From Candidatus Komeilibacteria bacterium (lineage in GTDB: Bacteria > Patescibacteriota > Patescibacteriia > UBA1558 > 2-01-FULL-52-15): a DNA stretch of 64,000 nucleotides. Both the position numbers and the translations under genes were made by a program. Positions 21,896-30,505 of the stretch are shown piece after piece; positions within the stretch are counted from its first letter, which is position 1; every line of letters begins with the position of its first letter. Below the pieces are notes generated by a model that did no database searches, was not told where the DNA came from, and saw nothing but the letters and a program-made list of their open reading frames with translations. The stretch is from NCBI GenBank assembly GCA_043801745.1, contig JAZDLR010000001.1, positions 24,374 through 88,373 on the forward strand, written 5' to 3'.

Positions 21896-22936
21896 CTACG
21901 TTAAACGCAATTGCGGATCAAATCTCAACTTCTTCCAATTCTCCTTCAACCCTTTATCCTTCCGATGATAATAGGCCGCGGCGGCAATCATGGCGGCGTT
22001 ATCACCGGTAAATTCCACTGCCGGAATTAGTACGGACAACCCTAGGGTTGTCCCTACAGCCCGACATCTGATGCCTAATTCCTTATTCGCACTAACGCCG
22101 CCCACAACCATTAAGGATTTAACTTTATATTGTTTGGCTGCGCGCTCCATTTTTTTAATTAATACATCACACGCAGCTAACTGAAATGACGCGCAAATAT
22201 CATTAACTGTGTTCTTCCCTAACTTCTTTCTACTTGCTTCTTGCTTCTGAACATAATAAAGCACCGCAGTTTTCAAACCAGCAAAACTAAAATTAAAATT
22301 ATCCTTGTCAATCATCGGCCGTGGGAAATCAATGGCCGCCGGGTTTCCTTCGCTGGCTAATTTAGCCACAATCGGACCGCCCGGATAACCAAGATCCAAA
22401 ATTTTGGCTACTTTATCAAAAGCTTCGCCCGCCGCGTCATCCAGTGTCTGACCAATTAATTGATATTTACCGTGCCCCTTCATTAAAACTAATTCCGTAT
22501 GCCCCCCGGAAACGATCAAAACCAGTGCCGGGAAAATCTTTTTGTCGTTCTTAAATAATTCCGGATAGGTTAGCCAGTTGGCGTAAATATGCGCTTCCAA
22601 ATGATTAATCCCAACTAAAGGTTTATTTAATGAATAAGCCAGTGACTTAGCTGTTTCCGTGCCAACCATAAGCGAAGTAATTAATCCCGGACCCCTAGTC
22701 ACGGTCAATAAGTCAGCTTCTCTGACCGCTTTTAATCCAATACTTTTATCTAATAGGGGTAGTAATACTTCCAAGTGTTTACGGGCCGCCACTTCCGGCA
22801 CCACACCACCGTATTTTTTATGAATATTGATCTGCGACGCTACAAGATGTTGCTGTAAATCAAAACCGCTCTTAGTTACTTGCAATAAGGCAAAAGAGGT
22901 CTCGTCGCAGGATGTTTCAATGGCAAAAATTCGCAT
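21896..22936 (-). CDS. tsaD: tRNA N6-adenosine threonylcarbamoyltransferase TsaD
   Basis: IETSCDET, GGVVPEVAARKH, NHLEAH, VSGGHT, DDAAGEAFDK, DNAAMIA. Confidence 0.98.
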   Translation of the reverse strand: MRIFAIETSCDETSFALLQVTKSGFDLQQHLVASQINIHKKYGGVVPEVAARKHLEVLLPLLDKSIGLKAVREADLLTVTRGPGLITSLMVGTETAKSLAYSLNKPLVGINHLEAHIYANWLTYPELFKNDKKIFPALVLIVSGGHTELVLMKGHGKYQLIGQTLDDAAGEAFDKVAKILDLGYPGGPIVAKLASEGNPAAIDFPRPMIDKDNFNFSFAGLKTAVLYYVQKQEASRKKLGKNTVNDICASFQLAACDVLIKKMERAAKQYKVKSLMVVGGVSANKELGIRCRAVGTTLGLSVLIPAVEFTGDNAAMIAAAAYYHRKDKGLKENWKKLRFDPQLRLT

Positions 22937-23002
22937 AAAAATATACTAACATGCTCCTCTATATTTCAAAAGGGGCGAACCATGCTGGTCCGCCCCCTGT
23001 TC

Positions 23003-23365
23003 TTATCCTCCCATTTGCTGACTCTGTACCTTGATGTGTTCCACCAGCCGTCTTAGATCCGATGAAACTGTCAGTCTGGCAGCCAGTTCCATTCCCGCCC
23101 TGGTCACGATCGGCGCTGTAGCTCCTAAATGAAGCAGTCCACGTTGCCGCAAACTGGCGACCTCTATGTCCAGTTGCCTCAGCCGAAGCAGAGGATCAGT
23201 GGCAAACATTGGTCGTTGCCATAAGCCACCAGCCGTAGGATCTTGTCCTAAGAAATCACCAATCAACTGACGGACTAACCTCCACGGCGGCGAGCGTCCT
23301 TCTTGCTGGCTCAAAGCCAACACACAGAGAACCGCCTCGTCAGTTGAAATCTCCATCACCTGCAA
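23003..23365 (-). CDS. Orphan protein, possible winged-helix
   Basis: GGAGGTG SD; LRQRGLL...VTRAGMELA wing-like motif. Confidence 0.6.
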   Translation of the reverse strand: MQVMEISTDEAVLCVLALSQQEGRSPPWRLVRQLIGDFLGQDPTAGGLWQRPMFATDPLLRLRQLDIEVASLRQRGLLHLGATAPIVTRAGMELAARLTVSSDLRRLVEHIKVQSQQMGG

Positions 23366-23378
23366 CGCATCACCTCCA

Positions 23379-23798
23379 TCAGTGAGACACTACTCCCGGA
23401 AATCCGTGGGCATCGGCTTTCGGAATGGATGAGCACATGATATCCACCAGCTCACTGATTACGCTTTCCAGAGGAAGACAATCAGCCAACTGCTGACCCA
23501 GTTCAATCCCTTGCTCGGTCAGCTCCCAGCCCAGACAGCCCCGATGACGGATGATCAAACTGCGCTGTTCCAAACTGGTCAGATCCCGCCGCAAGCTGGC
23601 AACCAGCTGCCTTTCATCCGAAGGCAAATAACCGTAGATAGCCAACTCCGTGACTTCGCGTTTGCGGGCGTCGGCAATCAGTGCACGTCCCAGTTCACAC
23701 ATAGTGGGATAAGCCGGTCTTTCCGTCCAAGCCGACAGTTGATAGAACAGGCGCAGAAGCTGCAGCTGACAATCTCCAGCCAAATCCTGAAGAGACAC
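23379..23798 (-). CDS. Orphan protein, possible winged-helix
   Basis: GGAGG SD; LEQRSLI...WELTEQGIELG wing-like motif. Confidence 0.65.
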   Translation of the reverse strand: MSLQDLAGDCQLQLLRLFYQLSAWTERPAYPTMCELGRALIADARKREVTELAIYGYLPSDERQLVASLRRDLTSLEQRSLIIRHRGCLGWELTEQGIELGQQLADCLPLESVISELVDIMCSSIPKADAHGFPGVVSH

Positions 23799-23903
23799 AG
23801 CAATTCCCTCCGTTTGGTGGTTAGAGAAACGTTATGAAAAGTACGGAACAAAGGTGAATACTATTATTCTCCGGAAAAAAAGTCAATGTGATACAATTGG
23901 TCA

Positions 23904-24452
23904 ATGAGCATAATCATTAAACGCAGCCGCCGCAAAACTCTGCAATTATCCGTTCACCTTGTTAGAAATGGGACTTCTAACGGGGTTAATCCCGCGATCC
24001 AAATAATAGTCCGCGCTCCGCTGACACTGCCGCTGTCACGCATTCAATTATTTGTCCAACAAAAACAAGCCTGGATAAACCGGGCCATTCACAGGCAGAG
24101 CAATCGCCTCCCCTTACCGCATAGCCCGCAGGATTATAAAAAAAACAAATCTCTGGCTAGAAAAATTATCTTGGAACGTCTGAATCAATTAAATGACACC
24201 TATCAGTTACATTGGAAACGGTTGACGATCCGCAACTCCCGCACCCGCTGGGGTAGCTGTTCGCGGCAGGGAAACTTGAATTTCAATTATCGGATTATAT
24301 ATTTGCCACCAGAACTACAGGATTACGTCATTGTGCACGAACTTTGTCATTTGCAGGAGCTAAATCATGGAAAAAAATTCTGGCAGTTGGTGACCAGGGT
24401 CATCCCCAACTTTTCTGTAACACGAAAACAACTTCGACAATACAGTCTATAA
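23904..24452 (+). CDS. YgjP-like (DUF45) metallohydrolase with 33-nt in-frame palindromic insertion
   Basis: RSRRKTLQL, IVRAP, RWGSCS, DYVIVHELCHLQELNHGKKFW. Confidence 0.9.
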   Translation: MSIIIKRSRRKTLQLSVHLVRNGTSNGVNPAIQIIVRAPLTLPLSRIQLFVQQKQAWINRAIHRQSNRLPLPHSPQDYKKNKSLARKIILERLNQLNDTYQLHWKRLTIRNSRTRWGSCSRQGNLNFNYRIIYLPPELQDYVIVHELCHLQELNHGKKFWQLVTRVIPNFSVTRKQLRQYSL

Positions 24453-24578
24453 TAATTGTTGTTTGTACCAATCTTGACATATTTATAAAGATATGTTATC
24501 TTTTTTTATTAAAACTTGTTCCAGACAATATCTGGACTTGTCTGGGTTCTTAAAACAGCCACACTCAAGGAGGTTCCA

Positions 24579-24815
24579 ATGACATCGCTTCGCAGTGGCA
24601 TTCCCCGTGGCAAAACCCGGGTCATCGGAGTTGATCTTTTCGAAGGCGGAGACTATCTGGTTGGCGACTACGACAACCCGCAGGATGCCTTTGACGTTGC
24701 TGACGATCACAACAAGAAGCGCACCGGTCCAATGAACGACGTCTACTATGTGTACGACGAAAAGGGTAACTACATTCACGGAAACGAAGATGTAGACCAG
24801 GAGGTCTGCCCGTAA
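24579..24815 (+). CDS. Orphan small acidic protein
   Basis: AAGGAGG SD before ATG 24579; own promoter. Confidence 0.7.
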   Translation: MTSLRSGIPRGKTRVIGVDLFEGGDYLVGDYDNPQDAFDVADDHNKKRTGPMNDVYYVYDEKGNYIHGNEDVDQEVCP

Positions 24816-24832
24816 CCAGGGAGGGCATAAAC

Positions 24833-25261
24833 ATGGTAACTTTGGAAGACACTATCGTCTTCGCTACGCAACTACACAATGGTCAAAAGGATAAGGCGGG
24901 AGCGCCGTACATCCTCCATGTCCTGCGTGTAATGTTGCAGATGAAAACCGAGCAAGAGCGCATCGTTGCCTTACTGCACGACGTCGCGGAAGACTGCAAC
25001 ATCACCTTAGAGCCGATGATGGGATTCGGCCAAGAGGTGATGGACGCCGTGGACTGTCTTACGAAGCGTCCGCAGGAAGAGCACAACTACGATGCTTTCA
25101 TTCAACGCATTGCCTCGGGTCCGGCACTAGCTCGTCGGGTGAAGATCGCGGATCTGCGGGATAACTCCGACCTCACCCGTTTTGCCCAGCCCACCGAAGC
25201 AGACCGCCGACGTTGTCTGAAATATCATCGAGCGCTCGCTATTCTCACCAGCCTTGAGTAA
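24833..25261 (+). CDS. HD-domain protein, small alarmone hydrolase (SpoT/Mesh1-like)
   Basis: HNGQKDKAGAPYILH, ALLHDVAED, VKIADLRDN. Confidence 0.88.
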   Translation: MVTLEDTIVFATQLHNGQKDKAGAPYILHVLRVMLQMKTEQERIVALLHDVAEDCNITLEPMMGFGQEVMDAVDCLTKRPQEEHNYDAFIQRIASGPALARRVKIADLRDNSDLTRFAQPTEADRRRCLKYHRALAILTSLE

Positions 25262-25378
25262 CACGCATCTCTAACTACCGAGAGGTCATCACGATCTCTC
25301 GGTTTAATTTTGTCCGACCTTGAAATGTGCTATTTAAAATAACAAAACAAGCTTCTCAGCTTGCTATAAATAATATAC

Positions 25379-25453
25379 TGGTGACCCCAGGGGGAATTGA
25401 ACCCCCATTGCCAGGATGAAAACCTGGTGTCCTAACCATTAGACGATAGGGCC
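25379..25453 (-). tRNA. tRNA-Glu(TTC)
   Basis: GGCCCTATCGTCTAATGGTTAGGAC..CAGG-TTTTCAT-CCTG..GGTTCAATTCC..ACCA. Confidence 0.95.
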
Positions 25454-25556
25454 GGAAAACGCCGTTTGACAATACCCTATTTTGTTGTTCTTATCAAGGG
25501 GCGAACAAATATCAAATTTTGTTGTCCTTACCGTTATTTTCCTCTATAATACATTC

Positions 25557-26096
25557 ATGCTGGGCCGAAAAAAAGCTAAAAAAGAAATTAAAATTGATCA
25601 TTCTGAGGAAACTAATGATGAGTCTTTTTTTGCTTTACCCACGGCCCCGGCCAATGATGCTGCCCATAACTGGGCCGATGATGGGCCTGAGACTGCCGAC
25701 ACTGACGAATTTGGGGAGCCGGAAAATATTGCAGACACCGGATTAACCTCCTGGATCAACGAAGAAGATAAACTACCTATCGATGTTTACCAAGACGAAT
25801 CTTTCATTTACCTCAAATCGCCGGTACCGGGAGCCGATGTTAAAGACATTGATATTACTATTGAAAACGATCTCATAACCGTGCGTGTCCACCGCCAGGA
25901 AGAAGAAACTATCAGCCAAGAAGATTATTATTTTCAAGAATGCTTCTGGGGCTCGCTTTCACGTTCTATTATTTTGCCGACGGAAATTGATGCCAACGCT
26001 GTCCGGGCCAGCTTACGCAGCGGCATATTAACAATTACTTTGCCAAAAATTAACCGCTCAACAGGAACCAAAGTTTCTGTTGAAGCAGAAGATTAA
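25557..26096 (+). CDS. Hsp20/alpha-crystallin small heat shock protein
   Basis: PIDVYQD, ECFWGSLSRSIILP, GILTITLPK. Confidence 0.9.
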   Translation: MLGRKKAKKEIKIDHSEETNDESFFALPTAPANDAAHNWADDGPETADTDEFGEPENIADTGLTSWINEEDKLPIDVYQDESFIYLKSPVPGADVKDIDITIENDLITVRVHRQEEETISQEDYYFQECFWGSLSRSIILPTEIDANAVRASLRSGILTITLPKINRSTGTKVSVEAED

Positions 26097-26100
26097 TCTT

Positions 26101-26307
26101 ATGCTACTACGCAATACCAAATTAACTGTCACCGCTGTGACTGAACAGCAAGTGACACTTCAGAGCGAGCTAAAACAAACTGTCACTATTGCCCGCGATT
26201 TTGTAGAAGCCCTCAAAGTCGGCGACGTAGTTTATCTGTCGATTGACTCGCAGCCCCTGCAAACTCCGGCGGCCAAAGATATTCTCAACGAAATTATCAA
26301 TGGCTAA
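26101..26307 (+). CDS. Small hypothetical protein
   Basis: Tightly packed between hsp20 and VanW genes; C-terminal AKDILNEII. Confidence 0.65.
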   Translation: MLLRNTKLTVTAVTEQQVTLQSELKQTVTIARDFVEALKVGDVVYLSIDSQPLQTPAAKDILNEIING

Positions 26308-28144
26308 GACTACTTTACTCTCCCATCATCGGATACTCCTCAGACTCCTAATAGCTGCGGCTGTAATTTTTATTGTTGGCTTGCTCATTTATATAGTCAT
26401 TGGCTTAATGCAATTGGGTTACCGCGACCGGCTTTGGCCGCATATCAAAATCGCCTCTATTCCCGTCGGCGGACTTACCTATGATGAGGCTTTGGGTCAG
26501 GTACAGAAACAAGTGGATCAGATGAATAACGCCGGCCTCACTTTTGTCAGCCCAGAAAAAAAGGTTACCATCAGCCCTAACATCGTTTCTACCGGTGATC
26601 CTGATGTAGCCCGTCAATTAGTCATCTGGAATCCCAACATCACTGTGGCGTCCGCTTTTCAATTAGGTAAGAGCTCAAATCCGCTTACCAATATCCGCGC
26701 TTTTGGCCAAATGATTATCGGCGTCAATAAACCGGTGGCCTATACCTGGAACCGTGATGAATTCGCAGTCATGCTCCGCCAAAATTATGCCGGAGTACTG
26801 GGTGCCAAAAAAGATGCTCAGCTTTATTTTGACGGTTCAGAAGCCAAGATTAGTAACGAGGTGACCGGTATTACTTTTAATTTCGACAAGGCCTTAAAAC
26901 AGGCCGAACGGACTCTGGGACAGCTTGATGACCGGCCGATAACATTGGAAAGCCGAGTGGAACAGCCACAACTGACAGTAGCTCTGGCCAGTCCTCTTCT
27001 GGAACGCGTTAATCAGGCTCTCAATTTTGATCATTACGTTGTGAAATATAATAAAACAGAATACGTTATCACCCCCGATTTGTTACAGCGCTGGCTTCAA
27101 TTTAAATTGGTCAATAATACCGCCCAACTTGGCGTTGACCCGCTGGCTTTGGAGTCTTGGCTAAAAAATATCCGCGCCGATGTCGAACAACAACCGCTCA
27201 ATGCTAAATTCCGTCTAGAAAATAACCGCGTAGTAGAATTTCAAGCCAGTCAGGACGGTCAAGTTATAAATACCGCCGAGCTGATTAAACGTTTAGATAA
27301 TAATCTATTAGTTAAACAGGATATTGAACTGCCAGTAGAAATTGATAAACCAGAATACACAGTCGATAAGGTTAACAATATGGGCATCAAAGAGATTCTC
27401 GGTACAGGCACTTCCAATTTTGCCGGCAGTCCGAAAAACCGCCGTCACAATATTGCCGTAGGCGCCGCGGCCTTGAACGGACTTATTGTTAAACCGGGGG
27501 AAGATTTTTCCCTGCTCAAAGCCCTGGGCACAGTTGACGGCAGCACGGGTTATTTGCAGGAATTAGTTATCAAGGGTGATAAAACCATACCCGAATACGG
27601 CGGCGGTCTCTGCCAGATCGGCACCACCACTTTCCGCGCCACACTAGCCTCGGGTCTGCCAGTAGTATTCCGCCGTAATCATTCGTACCGCGTAGTGTAT
27701 TATGAGCCGGCCGGTACTGATGCTACCATTTATGACCCTTGGCCGGATTATAAATTTAAAAACGACACAGCCAATAACCTCTTAATTCAAACCCGGATTG
27801 ACGGCGATAATATCTATTTTGATTTCTGGGGCACTAAGGATGGCCGTAAAGTCGAAGAAACAGAACCGGACATTTATAATATCGTTAAACCTGAACCGGG
27901 CAAAATCGTAGAAACCACCTCTCTGCCGGTGGGTACAAAAAAATGTACTGAATCAGCCCACAACGGCGCGGATGCCAAATTTGATTACACTATTACTTAC
28001 CCCGATGGCCGGGTGTCAGCCACCACTTTCCGCAGTCACTATATTCCCTGGCAGTCAGTTTGTTTAGTCGGTGTGGAACAACTTTCCACTCCCACTTCAA
28101 CTCCCGACACAGCAGGCGAGGTAATTCTTAATTCCTTCAATTAA
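26300..28144 (+). CDS. VanW-family protein with peptidoglycan-binding region
   Basis: N-terminal TM; RRHNI, YGGGLCQIGTTTFRA, RRNHSY, GTDATIY. Confidence 0.9.
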   Translation: MAKTTLLSHHRILLRLLIAAAVIFIVGLLIYIVIGLMQLGYRDRLWPHIKIASIPVGGLTYDEALGQVQKQVDQMNNAGLTFVSPEKKVTISPNIVSTGDPDVARQLVIWNPNITVASAFQLGKSSNPLTNIRAFGQMIIGVNKPVAYTWNRDEFAVMLRQNYAGVLGAKKDAQLYFDGSEAKISNEVTGITFNFDKALKQAERTLGQLDDRPITLESRVEQPQLTVALASPLLERVNQALNFDHYVVKYNKTEYVITPDLLQRWLQFKLVNNTAQLGVDPLALESWLKNIRADVEQQPLNAKFRLENNRVVEFQASQDGQVINTAELIKRLDNNLLVKQDIELPVEIDKPEYTVDKVNNMGIKEILGTGTSNFAGSPKNRRHNIAVGAAALNGLIVKPGEDFSLLKALGTVDGSTGYLQELVIKGDKTIPEYGGGLCQIGTTTFRATLASGLPVVFRRNHSYRVVYYEPAGTDATIYDPWPDYKFKNDTANNLLIQTRIDGDNIYFDFWGTKDGRKVEETEPDIYNIVKPEPGKIVETTSLPVGTKKCTESAHNGADAKFDYTITYPDGRVSATTFRSHYIPWQSVCLVGVEQLSTPTSTPDTAGEVILNSFN

Positions 28145-28199
28145 TCCTTAACTGACCAGTAAATATTCTGCCCCCCGCTTAATCCCCGGGGGCTATTTT

Positions 28200-28353
28200 A
28201 TTAAATACAAAACACCCCCGTAAATCTGCACCCAAGAAAATTGATCTAAGAAACCTTCTAGCCGAAGCCGGAAAACTCTGGAGATCAATCCCCATGCTTG
28301 TCGTGGATGCAGATTTACGGGGGTGTTGTTTTTTATGTGCTCCCTTTGAGGGA
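28200..28353 (-). ncRNA. Candidate sRNA: ~120-nt rod hairpin with UUCG apex and internal bubble
   Basis: Promoter TTGACA-N17-TATCAT (28360-28388); stem ACACCCCCGTAAATCTGCA/TGCAGATTTACGGGGGTGT; cUUCGg loop on minus strand. Confidence 0.55.
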
Positions 28354-28588
28354 TTAATGATGATAGCATAACCCCTGCCGTCTGTCAATAGTGGTGTCAA
28401 CCCCATTAGAGATAACTCTTTAATGGGGTCAAGAGCCATAAAATCAGCCAAAAACTTGACATAGGCGACATCTTCCAGTATGATGTCTCAAGATTTACTA
28501 CTGCTTTCAGTAATAATTTAATACATCGGTTTTCCCAATCAACCGATCAATATTTCTTAAAACTTACAACTGTTAACTTTTAACTTCT

Positions 28589-28825
28589 ATGGGTCTACCC
28601 AGCAAGAAACGTTCGAGTTCATCTAAGCGCCGTCGAGCTGCTCATTTTGCTTTATCTAATCCGGCGCGCAGCAAATGCGCCCACTGCGGTCATGACACCA
28701 GGCCACATTTTGCCTGCAAGAACTGCGGTTTTTACCGCGGCCGTGAAATAGTCAATACTCTTAAAAAATCTAAATCTTTAACCCGGTCAGGCAAAGCAGC
28801 TAAAGCTACGACCTCCGAAAAATAG
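28589..28825 (+). CDS. rpmF: 50S ribosomal protein L32
   Basis: MGLPSKKRS..RRRAAH, CAHCG..PHFACKNCGFYRG. Confidence 0.95.
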   Translation: MGLPSKKRSSSSKRRRAAHFALSNPARSKCAHCGHDTRPHFACKNCGFYRGREIVNTLKKSKSLTRSGKAAKATTSEK

Positions 28826-28871
28826 CCCGCTCTTTCGTTCTTTACTTGTTCTTTCACCTGGCCCACCATCT

Positions 28872-29783
28872 ATGGCCAACCGACATCTTGCCCGCACCTT
28901 AACGCTTCAAACTCTTTTTGAATGGGATTTCTACCTGGGTAAATTAGATGTGCCAGCAGCCATGGCTACTATTAAACACGAATTTGCACCTGATTTTGAC
29001 GATCAGGGTTTTAGTTTACGCTTAACTGAAGAAGTTATTGATAATCACTTTATCATTGATAAGCTGATCACTAAATTCGCGCCCGAATGGCCTTTGGATC
29101 AAATTACCTTAGTTGACCGCAACGTTTTGCGTATCGGCATCTATGAACTAAAATTTGATAAAACTATTCCACCCAAAGTCGCTATTAATGAAGCCATTGA
29201 ATTAGCCAAGACCTACGGTGGCACTTCCTCGGGAAAATTCGTCAATGGCGTCCTGGGCAGCATCTATAAAGAAATGATCCAACGCGGCGAGAAACAAACA
29301 TTAGAGAGCCAAGGCATCAAAGAAGAGTCCAGCGGCGGCATTATCTACCGGCAAGAAGACGAATCCTATAAATTCGCTCTCATCCTTGACTCCTATGGCA
29401 AGTGGACTTTCCCTAAGGGTCACGTTGATGGTAAAGAAAAACCCGAAGAGGCAGCCATCAGAGAAATCCAAGAGGAAATTGGCATCCAAAATTTGGTCAA
29501 CAAAGGACACCTGGATGATCTGCAATTAAAAGTTCACAAACCCGAACAGCAGCCTTTCCGTAAATTAGTCCACGTTTATCTTTTCGAAACTACTGATACC
29601 GATCTGAAGCCGCAGATATCCGAAGTCAAAGACGCCCGTTGGTATGATCCTCAAGAAGCCTTGGACATTATCGGCTATGAAGAAACTAAAAATATTTTCT
29701 GCCAAGTACTCGATCAATTAAAAATTCCTTATGAAAGATCTGCAACTGCTGGAAAGCAGCCTGAAGCTGAAATTCAAAAATAA
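28872..29783 (+). CDS. nusB: NusB antitermination factor fused to a Nudix hydrolase
   Basis: RHLAR..DRNVLRIGIYEL..VAINEAIELAK..KFVNGVLG then WTFPKGHVDGKEKPEEAAIREIQEEIGI (intact Nudix box). Confidence 0.93.
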   Translation: MANRHLARTLTLQTLFEWDFYLGKLDVPAAMATIKHEFAPDFDDQGFSLRLTEEVIDNHFIIDKLITKFAPEWPLDQITLVDRNVLRIGIYELKFDKTIPPKVAINEAIELAKTYGGTSSGKFVNGVLGSIYKEMIQRGEKQTLESQGIKEESSGGIIYRQEDESYKFALILDSYGKWTFPKGHVDGKEKPEEAAIREIQEEIGIQNLVNKGHLDDLQLKVHKPEQQPFRKLVHVYLFETTDTDLKPQISEVKDARWYDPQEALDIIGYEETKNIFCQVLDQLKIPYERSATAGKQPEAEIQK

Positions 29784-30420
29784 AGAGATTATCCGTTCAG
29801 CCTTGACTCACCGCTCTTACCTGAACGAACATAAGAATCTCGGTATAGACCATAATGAACGTTTAGAGTTCCTGGGTGATGCTGTTTTGGAATTAGTTGT
29901 CACTGATTACCTCTTTAGTAATTACCCCAATCCGGAAGGCGAACTGACCAATTGGCGCTCCAGTTTAGTTAATGCCAACACTTTAGCTGATTTGGCGGAA
30001 GAAATTGAAATCAATGATTATCTTTATTTAAGCCGCGGCGAAGCCAAGGACTCCAGCAGCAAAGCCCGTCGTATTATCCTGGCCAATGCCTACGAAGCTT
30101 TGATCGGCGCCATTTATCTTGATCAGGGTTACGCCAAAGCTGATAAGTTTATCAAAGAACGGGTACTGATAAAACTAGAAGAAATATTGCGTAAACATTT
30201 ATACATCGATCCCAAGAGCAAACTACAAGAAAAGTCCCAGGAACTTTATGGTATTACTCCTCATTATAAAGTGCTGGGCGAAACCGGGCCCGACCATCAT
30301 AAAAAATTTGTCGTCGGTTTATATATAGATAAGGAACAAATCGCCCAAGGCGAAGGTTACTCCAAACAAGAAGCCCAGATCAATGCCGCGGCCGAGGGCC
30401 TGAAAAAGAAACACTGGTAG
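29731..30420 (+). CDS. rnc: Ribonuclease III
   Basis: ALTHRSY, NERLEFLGDAVL, dsRBD DPKSKLQE..GPDH..SKQEAQ. Confidence 0.97.
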   Translation: MKDLQLLESSLKLKFKNKEIIRSALTHRSYLNEHKNLGIDHNERLEFLGDAVLELVVTDYLFSNYPNPEGELTNWRSSLVNANTLADLAEEIEINDYLYLSRGEAKDSSSKARRIILANAYEALIGAIYLDQGYAKADKFIKERVLIKLEEILRKHLYIDPKSKLQEKSQELYGITPHYKVLGETGPDHHKKFVVGLYIDKEQIAQGEGYSKQEAQINAAAEGLKKKHW

Positions 30421-30453
30421 ATCAATTACATCCGCATTTTATAATTGGCTCCT

Positions 30454-30478
30454 GTAGGAGCGATTCGCGAATCGCCCG
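30454..30478. repeat. GTAG-type REP palindrome
   Basis: GTAGGAGCGATTCGCGAATCGCCC; related GTACGGCCGATTCATGAATCGGCCCTA at 56240-56266. Confidence 0.7.
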
Positions 30479-30505
30479 AAACGAGGCCACACTAATCAAA
30501 AAACA

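Noticed and set aside
28179-28451. 90-aa minus-strand ORF
   Set aside because: Spans a promoter, a repeat element and a perfect long hairpin; no protein features
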